Shown: positions 34,022 through 46,404, counted from the first letter of the stretch. The stretch is DNA of 64,000 nucleotides from Macrostomum lignano (GCA_002269645.1 NIVC01000997.1:1-64000); one strand, 5' to 3'. Made by a program: numbers and translations. The notes: a model not told the origin generated them from the sequence alone.

Positions 34022-34529
34022 ATGCTGACGCCAAAATTCTCAGTTAGTCAGGACAGCAGTCACGTGATTGTTGACATCTGGCTAACCGGTCTGTGCCGAC
34101 TAGATAAAGCCGAAGCCAGCGTCCAGGACGACACCCTGCTGTTCTCCTGCGAGCCGTATTTCCTTCGTCTACAGCTGACTGGCAGTTGCTTAGACTCGGA
34201 CGATGCTACTGCAGGTAGTAGCGGCCTGACTGCGTCGGAATTTGACGTCGATGCTGGCGGAGTATTAACTCTGCGCATTAGGAAATTGGTTATTGGGGAA
34301 CAGTTTCCAGATTTGGACATGCTCAATAGGCTGATGGCTCCGGCTGGCGCCTCCGCGAGTTCATGCGGTGAAACTGCTCAGTCTGAGAGGCGCCTGCTGG
34401 TTGAAGAGCTGCTCAGCGGAGAGGAGCCACCGTCAGAGTGTCTGGCCGCCGCCGGAGCCGATTTGGACTGGTTTGTTGAACCGCACCTTGATGACGAGGC
34501 TGCAGATTGCAGATTGGCTACTTCTGCTG
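34022..34529 (+). CDS. SHQ1: SHQ1 (H/ACA snoRNP assembly factor) exon 1 of 4; CDS join 34022-34529,34940-35011,35608-35936,36213-36644 = 446 aa
   Basis: MLTPKFSVSQD...FSCEPYFLRL...EQFPDLDMLNRLM is the SHQ1 CS domain. Confidence 0.92.
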
Positions 34530-34939
34530 GTTAGTTGGAAATTAATTTTCTACTTTGGTCATAGTGTAGCTCATATGGTCTTGATGTAACTCAATTGGTC
34601 ATAGTGTCGGTCATGTTGTAGCTCATTCGGTCATGTTGTATCTCATTTAGTCATGGTGTAGCTAATTTGGTCATAGTGTCGCTCATTCGGTCATACTGTA
34701 GTTCATTCGGTCATGTTGTAGCTCATTTAGTCATGGTGTAGCTAATTTGGTCATAGTGTCGCTCATTCGGTCATAGTGCTTGTTATTTGATCATACGCTT
34801 GTAGCCTATCGCATTTTGTCATCATTAGCCACATATTTATATAATGATGGGTTAGGACACAGAATTTTTCTCCATATACCTCAAACTTACTGCAGTTCAA
34901 AAATTAAGTAAATATCGTTAATATCAAAACGCATTTCAG

Positions 34940-35011
34940 ATGCCATCTCTGGTGGAGGATTGGGATTTGCGTTCAGGCGACGGGACGAGCAATCTGCTTC
35001 TATGCTGCGCG
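34940..35011 (+). CDS. SHQ1: SHQ1 exon 2 (72 nt)
   Basis: TTTCAG|...|GTGAG, phase 1-1; DAISGGGLGFAFRRRDEQSASMLR corresponds to the YGF motif region. Confidence 0.75.
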
Positions 35012-35017
35012 GTGAGC

Positions 35018-35490
35018 TCCGGCTCTTTGACCCATTGTAACCTACCTGACCCACCCGGCTCTTTGACCCATTGTAACCTACCTGACCCACCTGGCTCTTT
35101 GACCCATTATAACCTACCTGACCCACCTGGCTGTTTGACCCATTGTAACCTACCTGACCCACCCGGCTCTTTGACCCATTGTAACCTACCTGACCCAGCT
35201 GGCTCTTTGACCCATTGTAACCTACCTGACCCACCTGGCTCTTTGACCCATTGTAATTGTAACCTACCTGACCCACCCGGGTCTTTGACCCATTGTAATT
35301 TGACCCATTGTAACCTACCTGACCCAGCTGGCTCTTTGACCCATTGTAACCTACCTGACCCAGCTGGCTCTTTGACCCATTGTAACCTACCTGACCCAGC
35401 TGGCTCTTTGACCCATTTTAACCTACCTGACCCACCCGGCTCTTTGACCCATTGTAACCTGCTTGACCCAGCTGGCTCTTTGACCCATTT
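35018..35490. repeat. 36-bp minisatellite in SHQ1 intron 2
   Basis: GGCTCTTTGACCCATTGTAACCTACCTGACCCACCC. Confidence 0.9.
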
Positions 35491-35607
35491 TGACCTGCGT
35501 GGTCCCCTGATCAATATGAGCCGATCTGAACAACTTGATCACTTGGCCTACCTGACCCTTTTGACTCGGGTCATGGCATGTATTTAATCACTTGCTCTCG
35601 TTCGCAG

Positions 35608-35936
35608 GTCTCGACCATCTGCTACCGGACCTGGCATCCATGAGCCATTCGGAACGCCTCGCCGCCAAGGAGGCCCTGGAAGATGCCCAGTTCGACGCCG
35701 ACTATTATCTGGCCGACCAGCTCGACCCGTCCGACATGCTCACCGACATTCTGAGTCGTCCGGACTGTTTGCCACCGCTGCTAGACTCCGAGGAGCGTCG
35801 GGCCCGGCTCATGGCTCTGCCAAGGCGGCCTCTGCTGCCCCCCGAGGCTGGCTGGGAAATGCGCGTCTGCCTGATGGCCCTGGCTGATCTGGTGTTCGCC
35901 TTCTGCCTCGACTGGCGCGTCTGCGAAGGGGAACAG
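35608..35936 (+). CDS. SHQ1: SHQ1 exon 3
   Basis: ERLAAKEALEDAQFDADYYLAD...LADLVFAFCLDWRVCEGEQ. Confidence 0.9.
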
Positions 35937-35949
35937 GTTAGTATGGGTA

Positions 35950-36155
35950 TTCTGATCCTCACTGACTGCTCATCTCATCCTCACTGACTGCTCATCTGGT
36001 CCTCACTGACTGCTCATCTGATCCTCACTGACTGCTCATCTGATCCTCACTGACTGCTCATCTGATCCTCACTGACTGCTCATCTGATCCTCACTGACTG
36101 CTCATCTGATCCTCACTGACTGCTCATCTGATCCTCACTGACTGCTCATCTGATC
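35950..36155. repeat. 22-bp minisatellite in SHQ1 intron 3
   Basis: CTGATCCTCACTGACTGCTCAT. Confidence 0.9.
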
Positions 36156-36212
36156 CCGCTGGTTATGCGATAACCCCCCCATTCTCTCACTCGCTCTCCA
36201 TCCCCACTGCAG

Positions 36213-36644
36213 ACTCCTGAATCTGCCAGGACAATTCTCACCCAGGCAGCCTGCCTGTCCTGCCAGTGCCCCCTGACCTCGGTGCCGCAGCTGCTCCGCT
36301 CCTGCTATCGTCGCCTATTAGCCTACAGTCTGTTGCGCAATTGGCAACTATGCCAATTAGTTGCCATGGATACTGCCGGCGTTCTTAGCAACAAGCGTCT
36401 AACGCTTGATTGCTTAATTCGATTAGAACGATTATTATCGAGTGTTGAAGGCTACGCTGGCGTGAATTACCTGACCGTGACAGACACCTGCCGGTGGGTG
36501 CAGCACTGTCCTAGCGATCTGCTCAACTCTCTGTCTGAGGCTATCAGAAATGCAGCAAATTGCTTCAAAAAAGAAGAGGTCGGATTGGGCCTCATTGAAT
36601 GGGAAAATGAAGCGACAAGTTGTGGCCAGGATTTAGCTGACTAA
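36213..36644 (+). CDS. SHQ1: SHQ1 exon 4 (terminal)
   Basis: TPESARTI...CYRRLLAYSLLRNWQL...YLTVTDTCRWVQ...KEEVGLGLIEWENEA. Confidence 0.9.
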   Translation, partial: TPESARTILTQAACLSCQCPLTSVPQLLRSCYRRLLAYSLLRNWQLCQLVAMDTAGVLSNKRLTLDCLIRLERLLSSVEGYAGVNYLTVTDTCRWVQHCPSDLLNSLSEAIRNAANCFKKEEVGLGLIEWENEATSCGQDLAD

Positions 36645-36832
36645 TCCCTTTTTTCGTGATTGCAGTTAACGGTAATTAATAGGACAATAATTGATGCTTT
36701 TATGTATAAATATAAATGCATTTGATTCTGTTTGACCTTTGCTGACCTAGTATTGGTTATTTGGCGAGTGTTGTATTTATTAAACGGATTACATATATAG
36801 CTGTATTCGATGCACTCTTATTTTTTGGAAAA

Positions 36833-37195
36833 GTTTGGAGGTGTCAAGAGAGACGGTTTGGAGGTGTCAAGAGAGACGGTTTGGAGGTGTCAAGAGAGAC
36901 GGTTTGGAGGTGTCAAGAGAGACGGTTTGGAGGTGTCAAGAGGGACAGTTTGAGGGTGTCAGGAGACAGTTTGGGGATGTCAGAAGAGACAGTTTAGGGG
37001 TGTCAGAAGGAACAGTTTCGGGGTGTCAGAAGGAACAGTTTCGGGGTGTCAGAAGGAACAGTTTCGGGGTGTCAGAAGGAACAGTTTCGGGGTGTCAGAA
37101 GGAACAGTTTCGGGGTGTCAGAAGGAACAGTTTCGGGGTGTCAGAAGGAACAGTTTAGGGGTGTCAGAAGGAACAGCTTCGGGGTGTCAGAAGGA
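36833..37195. repeat. 23-bp minisatellite with two sequential variants
   Basis: GTTTGGAGGTGTCAAGAGAGACG, then GTTTCGGGGTGTCAGAAGGAACA. Confidence 0.88.
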
Positions 37196-38926
37196 ACGGG
37201 TTGGGCTTGTCAGGACGGATAGTTTATGACTGGGCGCTAGTTTAGGCGTCATTTTTAGCGTCAGGAAGTGTCGTGATGTTGTGTTATCAGGATGCGCCAG
37301 TTTGGGTATTTGGGGCATTTAGTGCACCAGCTAAGCTGCTTTGGCGCTACTGGAAAAGGCTAAGTTTATTGGCTGGACTTAAGAATCTGATGAACGCCAT
37401 TCGCAACAAGAATTAAGCCGGAGACAAAAATCACGGAGCCAGTCGCAGGAGATCCCCTTCCCCTTTGAAGAAGCGGAAATAGTGATTTATAGCTTTTGGC
37501 TCTACCTTTTAGATGAGGTATAGACTAGGTAGGTACGTTCGAGAGTCACTTAAGCAGATTAATTGACGCCTTCAGCTTCGGGTTATTACTGAACTCTCAC
37601 TCGAAAGCAATCTGAGAAGGATTTAGCGTCAGATTCGACTCTTATTCGACTCGAATTTGGTATGACTTTGGTTGCCAGCCAAATAGATTTTCTATCATTT
37701 ACGGCTTAGCGCGAGTTCGTATTTTCTTCTGGAAATTTCTGTCCAGGGATATGCTTTGTCTATTGGCAGGGAGGGAGTATACTTCGGTCTCTCTGATCTT
37801 CAAAAACCTCGGCAGAACTTTTAATATGCTTTTCGAATCCAATTAATTTAAATCAGTTCAGAAGAAAGAGGAGGCTTTGATCCCTTTTTAGCTACTATAC
37901 TGCTTTCTATCTAGCTTCATTTCGCATAAATTATAATGGAATTACTAACGGCCTTCTATGCGCAATGAGCTTTCATAGCGCTTGCATGGTCACGGGTGAG
38001 TTGGAACAGATTCCGCTCATGCTATGCTAGCACTGTCTTATCTGCAAGCTAGTGATCCCAATCTAGGATTCTTGGGATTTGGACAATTTTTACTACTTCC
38101 GGGATTTTGGCAACTTTTTGGAACTTCCGGGATCCCACGATTTGTGCAATTTTTGCGACTGCTGGGATCCCGGGATTTGGGCCTCGCAATCCCGATGCCA
38201 ATCCCGGGATTGGAGTGATTCGTGACTTGTCAAGCGGCAAAAGTTTTGTGCTGTTGGCTACCATTTTGCAATACAACGCTGATACTTATTTTTTAGCGTT
38301 CAACGCTGATGACTGCACTAAAGGACTAAAGGCAGTTTTCTGAATCGTGCGTTAGGAGAAAACCAAACATGAGTTTTTTGCGTTTTTCATTTGGTAACCC
38401 AATACCGGGATTGAGGAACCTCCGGGATTCCTACTGCAAGCCTATTGTCGATTGATTCTCCATTTTTGTAGAACTATATTTGCACTTTTCCCAGTTTTCT
38501 GGTTTTTTGGTCATTTGACTCGCTTCTCTAGTTTCTTTCTGTCGTTGGTGTACAAATGGTGGGCGATGTACTTACGTTTACTCGTAGCTTCCGCTTTGCT
38601 TGTTCGCTTCGTTATCGATCCATTTCTAGACCCAACCCTGCCCTTTCCACTCATTTTCCTTCCCTGACGCGCGTCTAAATAAATTCCGTTCTCTCCCACC
38701 GCACTGTACGTGCAGATAATGTACATCGATTTTTCTACGGGTTTTGTTCCCCCGACGTTCACAAAATGGGGTTGGACTATAAAACCTCTGGGCAATCCCT
38801 CCCCTTCCTCTTCGCAGCGCCGCAGTCAATGCAGGCAATGTACATTGATATCGTCTACTAAATCGATTGATGTACATCCACGGTTCCACTCCTCAATTAA
38901 AATTGGCCTTTTCCAGTAGCCGTATA

Positions 38927-40469
38927 CACTGTGTTCCAACTTATTATGCAAATCAGTTTTTTTTTAATAATTTTTTCATTAAGCAGCAAAAGTCAGAATT
39001 TTTTAGCAGGAAATGTATTTTGTAACAATAAGACTAACCACCAAAACTGAATGAAATTGAACGCGTATTTTCAAAATGATAATCAAAAATTGACTTTTCT
39101 GCTGTTCCAGATAATTATGCAACTAGGAATAAAACATCGTCAGCATGAAATATTGATTGAAAATCGGAGAATTTAGTCTCCCAAGCAGCAACACACAATT
39201 AATAGTTAATGCGGGCACCCTTCACTTGCAATATTTTTACCAAGCGACTGTCCATCGATGATGTCAGCTTCTTTACATGTGATTTAGGTATCTTGGACAC
39301 TTCAGCTTGCACAGCAGCCCACAGATCATGCTTGGAATGATACTGCTTACCATTGCTGTACAAGCTACGCTTCAAAATGCTCCAAAGATTTTCAATTGGA
39401 TTCAAATCCGGAGAATTCGAAGGCCAATCCATCAGCTTGTCGTCCTTGAACCCGAGGTCATTCAAGAAATTGGTCGTCAGCTTCGCAGCATGGGAGGGAG
39501 CATTGTCCTGCATGAAAGTCAGCTTCTTTCGGCGAGCTGCTGGCTGGCGTCGCAGCCAGGGAACAAAATTCAGCTGCAGCAACTGATGGTAAGCTTCACC
39601 CGTGACTTTGACGCCATCAGGAACACGGAATGGGCCAATGATGGTGTCGTTGACAATGCCAGCCCAGATCATGATGCCTCCACCGCCTTGCTGACGCCTC
39701 ACGCGCTGCCCTGACACCTCGTCTCCAACCATCCAGCCTCTGGCCCAGCCATCAGGCCCATCCAAGGTGGCCCTGGTCTCATCTGTAAAAATGACTGAAC
39801 TGAAGTCAGCCTTCAAATACTTCTGCGCCCAGCTGAGGCGCAGCTGGCGATGGCGAGAGGTCAGCATCGGCTTGGCGACAGCCTTGCGGCATTGAGCGAT
39901 GGATGCAAGAGTGCGGCACCGCGTAGTTCTTGGCACATGGCCAAGATCCACTTGCTCAAAGATGAACTTGCTGGTGGCCAATGGATGTTTAAGGATTTCT
40001 CTTTTGATTTCTCGAAGTTTTCGATTCGAAATGCCTCGAACACTAGTTTTGCGAGTCCGCTGCCTTGATTTGGTGACATCAGCCAAGAATTTCTTTACTG
40101 TACGATGATCTCTGCCAAGCTGCTTGGAGATAGACAAAGTAGTTTGGCCAGTTGCCAAAAGTTGCCCGATTTGAGATTTTTCCTTATCGGAGAGATCCTG
40201 GCGCTTGCCCATGGTTGATACACACAGAAAATTGTGAGAGAAATTCAGCTGCAGAACCACACAGCATAATAAGTTGGAACAGTGTAGCAGCTGTGTTGCG
40301 CAATGAAAGTTTGTTGGCACGTGCTAGCAAGAAGTTTAGTGATTGGCAGAGCTGCACAGAGTGTGTACTAGCTTGATGTACACCTGACACAAGCAGCAAG
40401 TCGCTGCGATCAATAATTTTGAAAATATTCAATTTATCTCTCTTTGCTTAATAACTTGGAACGCAGTGG
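38927..40469 (-). mobile_element. Full-length Tc1-like DD37E (TRT-type) transposon, ~1.54 kb
   Basis: TA at 38925-38926 and 40470-40471. Imperfect ~27-bp TIRs CACTGTGTTCCAACTTATTATGCAAA / CACTGCGTTCCAAGTTATTAAGCAAA. Inner copies at ~39102-39122 and 40264-40284. Confidence 0.9.
39199..40212 (-). CDS. Tc1-family transposase, DD37E, 337 aa, intact
   Basis: MGKRQDLS... HTH region; IFTDETR, FMQDNAPSH and WPSNSPDLNPIENLW; 37 residues counted between the second D and the E. Confidence 0.95.
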   Translation of the reverse strand: MGKRQDLSDKEKSQIGQLLATGQTTLSISKQLGRDHRTVKKFLADVTKSRQRTRKTSVRGISNRKLREIKREILKHPLATSKFIFEQVDLGHVPRTTRCRTLASIAQCRKAVAKPMLTSRHRQLRLSWAQKYLKADFSSVIFTDETRATLDGPDGWARGWMVGDEVSGQRVRRQQGGGGIMIWAGIVNDTIIGPFRVPDGVKVTGEAYHQLLQLNFVPWLRRQPAARRKKLTFMQDNAPSHAAKLTTNFLNDLGFKDDKLMDWPSNSPDLNPIENLWSILKRSLYSNGKQYHSKHDLWAAVQAEVSKIPKSHVKKLTSSMDSRLVKILQVKGARINY

Positions 40470-40493
40470 TACTCCACTGGAAATCGTATACTC

Positions 40494-40700
40494 CAGGGGT
40501 TGGCGGCCCGCGAAGCCTCTCTATCCGGCCTTGGAGAAGTAAAGAGGAGGAGATAGGAGGGAGATAGAGAGGGAGAGAGAGATAGAGGCAGAGTGGATCC
40601 TATAAAACTTCCACAATAGCAATCAGTCCCGCAGCCTGCTCAAGGTTTGTCTCTTCTCAGCTTTCTTCTCCCGTCTCCTCTCCTCTCTCCCCTCTTCTCT
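40494..40700. mobile_element. Partial copy of the CAGGGGTTGG MITE family
   Basis: CAGGGGTTGGCGGCCCGCGAAGCCTCTCTATCCGGCC...CACAATAGCAATC...CTCAAG followed by a CT-rich tract; inverse orientation to the 24205-24618 copy. Confidence 0.5.
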
Positions 40701-41539
40701 CGCCTCTTTACGCTTGTACGACCTTCACATACAATTTTTTTCTCGCTTAAATAACGCGCTTTTATGAGTGCATCCGTTTTTCATTCTTAGAGCTCTCTCC
40801 TCAAATTTTCCCCTCCTTAGTTTACTTTTAACTGCTGTGACTGACTGAGACTTGAGATGTGTCTGCTTCCAGGCAGCAGATCCGGCAGCAATCCACTCAT
40901 GACTTTCCAGTCAGTACCTCTAAAAGAAAGCTCAATAGTGCTTGTGTACAATACAATTGAACTGTCGAATAGAAGACTCACTCGATGAGTTTTTTACCTA
41001 TTTGTTTGCTTAAAGGCCTTTTTATGGGGCGGTTTATTTGCCCTCTTCAATTGGTTCTTTTTAGAGTTCTTTCGTAACATAAAAGTCTAGGGGAAAATAT
41101 TTTTTTTACATTTTTTCCTCCCAGATGCTTTACAGTCTGAATCCCCTGACTCGTGCTTAGCTTATTATTCCATCCTCTGTTTATTTTCTAGAGAGGTTTG
41201 GGCCTAGTCTTTCATTAAAACGTGATGCAGTGAGGCGTTCTTACTCGTACGCCCTGTGGCACTGCACTGATCTCTCCTCTCCCACCTAAATTGTGCGCGA
41301 TTTCACTTCCGTCACGTTCTCTGATCTCTCTCTCTCTCCCTTTCCATCTGTTTATGCATAACGGCGCGGTTCTGGCTCGAGTTGGTTAGAGAAACTCCGC
41401 CGCTTGATTATAATTGTGCTACACACGCTGGCCATCTGTCTCTCAACAACACGCAAATTCTTCACTTCAGCCCTCCGGTTCTTTCTTGTTTCCTCTAAGC
41501 ACTCTAGCATACACTAAAACTTCTCTAGCTCTGACCAGC

Positions 41540-41860
41540 GCACAACTCGCTGTCCAGCCTTCTCCAGGCTCTGTCCAACACACATGCACTCGCTGTCCAG
41601 CTTTCTCCAGCTCTGTCCAACACACATACACTCGCTGTCCAGCTTTCTCCAGCTCTGTCCAACACACACACTCGCTGTCCAGCTTTCTCCAGCTCTGTCC
41701 AACACACATACACTCGCTGTCCAGCTTTCTCCAGCTCTGTCCAACACACATACACTCGCTGTCCAGCTTTCTCCAGCTCTGTCCAACACACACACTCGCT
41801 GTCCAGCCTTCTCCAGCTCTGTCCAACACACACACTCGCTGTCCAGCCTTCTCCAGCTCT
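41540..41860. repeat. 38-40-bp minisatellite
   Basis: CACTCGCTGTCCAGCTTTCTCCAGCTCTGTCCAACACACA(TA). Confidence 0.88.
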
Positions 41861-42569
41861 CACTAAGTATGTGCTCTTCACTTTTTTACTCAAGCATGCC
41901 GCTTTGACTGACTGCATTATAAACGCAATTGAATGGTGGTACACAATCGCAGAAGTCTCTACGATGCAGCTTCATCAAGCTAAACCCAGCTGTACTATAT
42001 ACTATAGCATCAATCGTTCAGCAGTGTCCCCTCTCCCGTCTAGACCGCATGCACGCAACCATTTCTGTTGAGCATATATTTTGAAGACAAACCTCCATAC
42101 TTCCCAATCACTTACATGATAAATAGACATCCATTTAGCCTTTAGTCAGTCATCTGCTACTGTATATTTCCGCCCATGTGAGTGCATTGTAGCAGCCGCC
42201 ATATCTGTAACTGGCATTGCCATTTAGACCATTTGCGATGGAATCTGCCTTCTCCGCTCTCTCTCTCTCCCGTCTCATTGCATCGCGGGCCTATCGCACA
42301 AATCTGTCTGTCTGATAATAATGCCGAAATGTCGCTTGAGGCCACGCCCTAAAAATCCTTCCTCCAACGACTCGCTATAGCTGCATCTACGATCCTTCCT
42401 TCCCCCTCTTCTCCATCCCCCGTCTCTCTATGGCAGTCAGCCAATCTCAGTTCTTGTCCACGATCTGCTCAGCTATTCTCCAGCTACAGCTACAACGCTC
42501 ATAAAATGCGGGCTCATGTTTTTTCATGGAAAGAGTGGATTGTTATTATTATCATTTTTTCCTCTAAAC

Positions 42570-43163
42570 ATGCTGACCACATCGGATCGGTGGCAGACAA
42601 GCGCAACAACTGCGGCAGCAACAGCTACAGTTAATGCCGGATTGACAACTGCAAAACCGCCGCCACAGTCAGCTCCCAGACCGGTGTGGCTCGCCCACCT
42701 CACTCTAGCCATCCTGTTCATAGCCTGCCTATTAATCTCATTCATTCGCTATCATCACCGAAGAAAGAATGGCCGTTGGCATGGCAACTCTGTGCCGAAT
42801 AGTGGCGCCATGGCAACTAGCAGCGGCGCCGGAACTTCCTCGTCTCCGGGCAGTCGTAACCATGGCAACATTGGAGTGGATTTAAGCAACAATTCCGGCA
42901 ATGGCGGCAGCGGGGGAGGCGCCGCCGGTTCATCCTCAACAGTCGCTCTATCTGTTGCTATGCAAGGCTTTCGGAAGAATAAGCGGCATCAGCATGGCGG
43001 GCATCAGCAGCACGGGTCGCATTTCTATGCCTCTGGAAGCGGCGGCGGCGGAGGCGGTGGCGGATTTGGCGAGAGCTGCACCGACTATAACGACATTTCC
43101 TGTCGCTCTGGCGTCGGTGGAAGTGGCGGCGGCGGCGGCGTCAGCGGCGGGTCGTTTTACTGA
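42570..43163 (+). CDS. Hypothetical single-pass membrane protein with a Gly/Ser-rich tail (~197 aa)
   Basis: Thr/Ala-rich N-terminus, hydrophobic VWLAHLTLAILFIACLLISFI, then basic RYHHRRK; GC-rich coding-like composition, not a tandem repeat. The start may lie upstream or in another exon. Confidence 0.55.
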   Translation: MLTTSDRWQTSATTAAATATVNAGLTTAKPPPQSAPRPVWLAHLTLAILFIACLLISFIRYHHRRKNGRWHGNSVPNSGAMATSSGAGTSSSPGSRNHGNIGVDLSNNSGNGGSGGGAAGSSSTVALSVAMQGFRKNKRHQHGGHQQHGSHFYASGSGGGGGGGGFGESCTDYNDISCRSGVGGSGGGGGVSGGSFY

Positions 43164-43334
43164 TTTATTCTCGACTGACTATTTTTATGGAAAGTACATA
43201 TGGAACTTTGAAAGCTTCATGTTAACAGTATATGTTGTGAATATAGTCATTTAAATTAACAGTCCCTCTACTGTTTACATATGTCCTTTATCGTGATTTT
43301 TAACGTGATGCATCCCTTAATTCATCCCTTCAAC

Positions 43335-43650
43335 CTCTCGGTGTCCGCCCCTTCAGCATCCACTTCATCCGCCCTTCAATCGCTCGGTATCCGCCCCTTC
43401 AGCGTTCCCTTCATCCGCCCTTCAATCGCTCGGTATCCGCCCCTTCAGCATCCCTTCATCCGCCCTTCAATCGCTCGGTATCCGCCCCTTCAGCGTCCCT
43501 TCATCCGCCCTTCAATCGCTCGGTATCCGCCCCTTCAGCATCCCTTCATCCGCCCTTCAATCGCTCGGTATCCGCCCCTTCAGCATCCCTTCATCCGCCC
43601 TTCAATCGCTCGGTATCCGCCCCTTCAGCGTCCCTTCATCCGCCCCCTTC
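43335..43650. repeat. 45-bp minisatellite
   Basis: CCGCCCTTCAATCGCTCGGTATCCGCCCCTTCAGCATCCCTTCAT. Confidence 0.9.
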
Positions 43651-43844
43651 ACTCCAAGACGATACTGCTATGATATTCTGCCATGCAATTCTAAATTGAG
43701 TTGAATTACCGAACTTTCTCATCAGCAAAATATGCTCATCCTGCATATCAGAGGCGTTGCCAAGAATTTTATGATTGAGGTACAAAACCAGGATCGCTAA
43801 ATGAAAACTTCACATATTATTTTAGGGAATCTGTGTTGTTAGGC

Positions 43845-44265
43845 CCGATTTTAGCGCCACAGACACTCATTTTAGCGCCACAGACACCCATTTTAGCGCC
43901 ATAGGCACTCATTTTAGCGCCACAGACACTCATTTTAGTGCCACAGACACTCATTTTAGCGCCACAGACACTCGTTTTAGCACCATAGGCACTCATTTTA
44001 GCGCCACAGACACTCGTTTTAGCACCATAGGCACTCATTTTAGCGCCACAGACACTCATTTTAGCACCATAGGCACTCATTTTAGCGCCACAGACACTCA
44101 TTTTAGTGCCACAGACACTCATTTTAGCGCCACAGACACCCATTTTAGCACCATAGGCACTCATTTTAGCGCCACAGACACTCATTTTAGCGCCACAGAC
44201 ACTCATTTTAGCACCATAGGCACCCATTTTAGCGCCACAGGCACTCATTTTAACTCCAAAGGCAC
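43845..44265. repeat. 21-bp minisatellite
   Basis: CATTTTAGCGCCACAGACACT. Confidence 0.9.
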
Positions 44266-45054
44266 TCATTGACGTAATTAACGTCACCGCTTTTATTAGC
44301 AGCATCTCTGCTTTCTTTACTCGTTTGTTGTCACTCAAATATACGGAAATTTTGAACAAAAAACTCTATACTTTTTACTATCAGTAGCTAAAATCAACCA
44401 GATTGCTAAATTTGCGCAGCCAGCAGTAAAATATAATAAAATGCAGTTCCATAGCAGAGCTACAGCTAATTAGCATTTGCATTGGCGAATTTTCCCATCG
44501 GCAACAAGCCAATCTGAACCCCACTATAATAAAAATTTACGGCGGTTTATAGCTCGCTAGAAAATTGGCAGTAAAACTATGAAATTGCTATTCAATTTTT
44601 TTCACTTCAACGTAATAGAATTCGGCTTGGGTGAGGGGGTTTGCTGTTCTTTTTGTCGGCAACTCGCCTTTGACTGTTTCTATTACAGGTTTTGCGCTGT
44701 ACAGTGTATTGTGCGCGTCGCGTTTCCGATCGTGCTTAGTTTTGGCTTGGAGTCGCAATATGGTACCTAATAAATTCCTAGCGAAAAATAACTCCAATGG
44801 GGACCTTCTTGGGCTTTTCGACTAGCTAGATGTTTGTTTATTTTCTTAGCTTTTAGCTCTGCTGAGATTGAGTGAGTGAGATACATTTATCATCATTTTT
44901 TGCTCTTCCAATTTTATACTGCGCTCATAGATTCGATACATTTAGATATAAGAATAAATTGGCTGTTGTGTCTGCGCTCGCATGGCCAGGCATTCAAATT
45001 TTGTAGGCGGAATTAAACAAGTCAGTCACCAGGCCTGCGAATGTCTGCTATCCA

Positions 45055-45573
45055 GTCTCCTCTCTCCTCTCCTCTCCTCTCATCTCTTCTCCTCTCCTCT
45101 CCTCTCCTCTCATCTCTTCTCCTCTCCTCTCCTCTCCTCTCATCTCTTCTCTTCTCCTCTCCTCTCCTCTCCTCTCCTCTCCTCTCCTCTCCTCTCCTCT
45201 CCTGTCTCCTGTCTCCTCTCCTCTCCTCTCATCTCTTCTCTTCTCCTCTCCTCTCCTCTCCTCTCCTGTCTCCTGTCTCCTCTCCTCTCCTCTCCTCTCT
45301 TCTCCTGTCTTCTATCTTCTCTCCTCTCCTCTTCTCTCCTCTCCTCTCCTCTCTTCTCTCTCCTCTCTTCTCTCCTCTCCTCTCTTCTCCTGTCCTCTCG
45401 TCTCGTCTCCTCTCCTCTCCTCTCCTCTCCTCACCTCTTCTCTTTTCTCTCTCCTCTCCTCTCCTCTCCACTCCTCTCGTCTCCTCTCTTCTCCCTCCTC
45501 TTCTCTCCTCTCCTCTCCTCTCCTCTTCTCTCCTCTCCTCTCCTCTTCTCTCCTCTCCTCTCCTCTCCTCTCC
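45055..45573. repeat. (CTCCT)n polypyrimidine tract
   Basis: Direct reading. Confidence 0.92.
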
Positions 45574-46404
45574 ACCAATTCACCAATTCTGAACCCTATC
45601 TGCGCTATTCTCTGTTTCTCCTTGTCTGCCGAACAACTTTTTAATGGGTGAAACTAATTCAAACAATTAATATGTTTTTATTATCTGTACTATAATTAGT
45701 GTCTTACTAAGTATCTTCACATGCAAGCAGCTATGCAATATATCTCTGTAGTATAAGAGTGTACCGGAAAAGTTTAACGCAGCAGTTTATGCGCAGGCTG
45801 CTATTTCGAGTATTTCTGCAACACTCACAGTTTGCGCATTCCACAATAAGAACAGATTCTCTTCTAAGGACAAATAAAATTCACAAACTGCTGCATTAAT
45901 GAAAACTGAGACACATCGGGCCCTCCACAGAGGTTTCCGCTCGAGCTGCTAAGGAAACTCTTTCACTTTTCCCACGCCAACACGAACTTCTGTTGCAGCA
46001 AAATCATCAGCCCACGCGAGAAACCGTTGCCTTTTTATGAGCTCTGAGTTTTCTCTACAGATTTCTCTACGGATTACAAAATCAATATTGAGGCGGAAGG
46101 CCTTTTTAGTTCAATAGATGGAATGGCAGCGAAGATTTTGCGCTGCTTTGCGCGTATATTTATATTTACACAAACAGAGCGATATTGAGGGGCCTAGGGA
46201 GGTGCGAAAAGGTGGCGTGGCGTGATTGGCTACGCCGGCGCCCCCCCGGCTTAGCGAGCCGGCTAGCTTAGTGAGCACCCACCCCACCTCAGCTAGACAG
46301 AGGTTGGGGGGTTTCCAGTGCGGCTGCACTGGTGCTGCCGGTCGCCTACAGTCTGGCCGCCACAATATGCAATTAATTTTTTACTTGCACTAGGCGTCAA
46401 AATG

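Noticed and set aside
37330-37980. Possible decayed coding sequence on the minus strand
   Set aside because: Multiple stops and no identifiable motif
38053-38440. CCCGGGAT-rich segment suggestive of a MITE
   Set aside because: Could not define matching TIRs or a TSD
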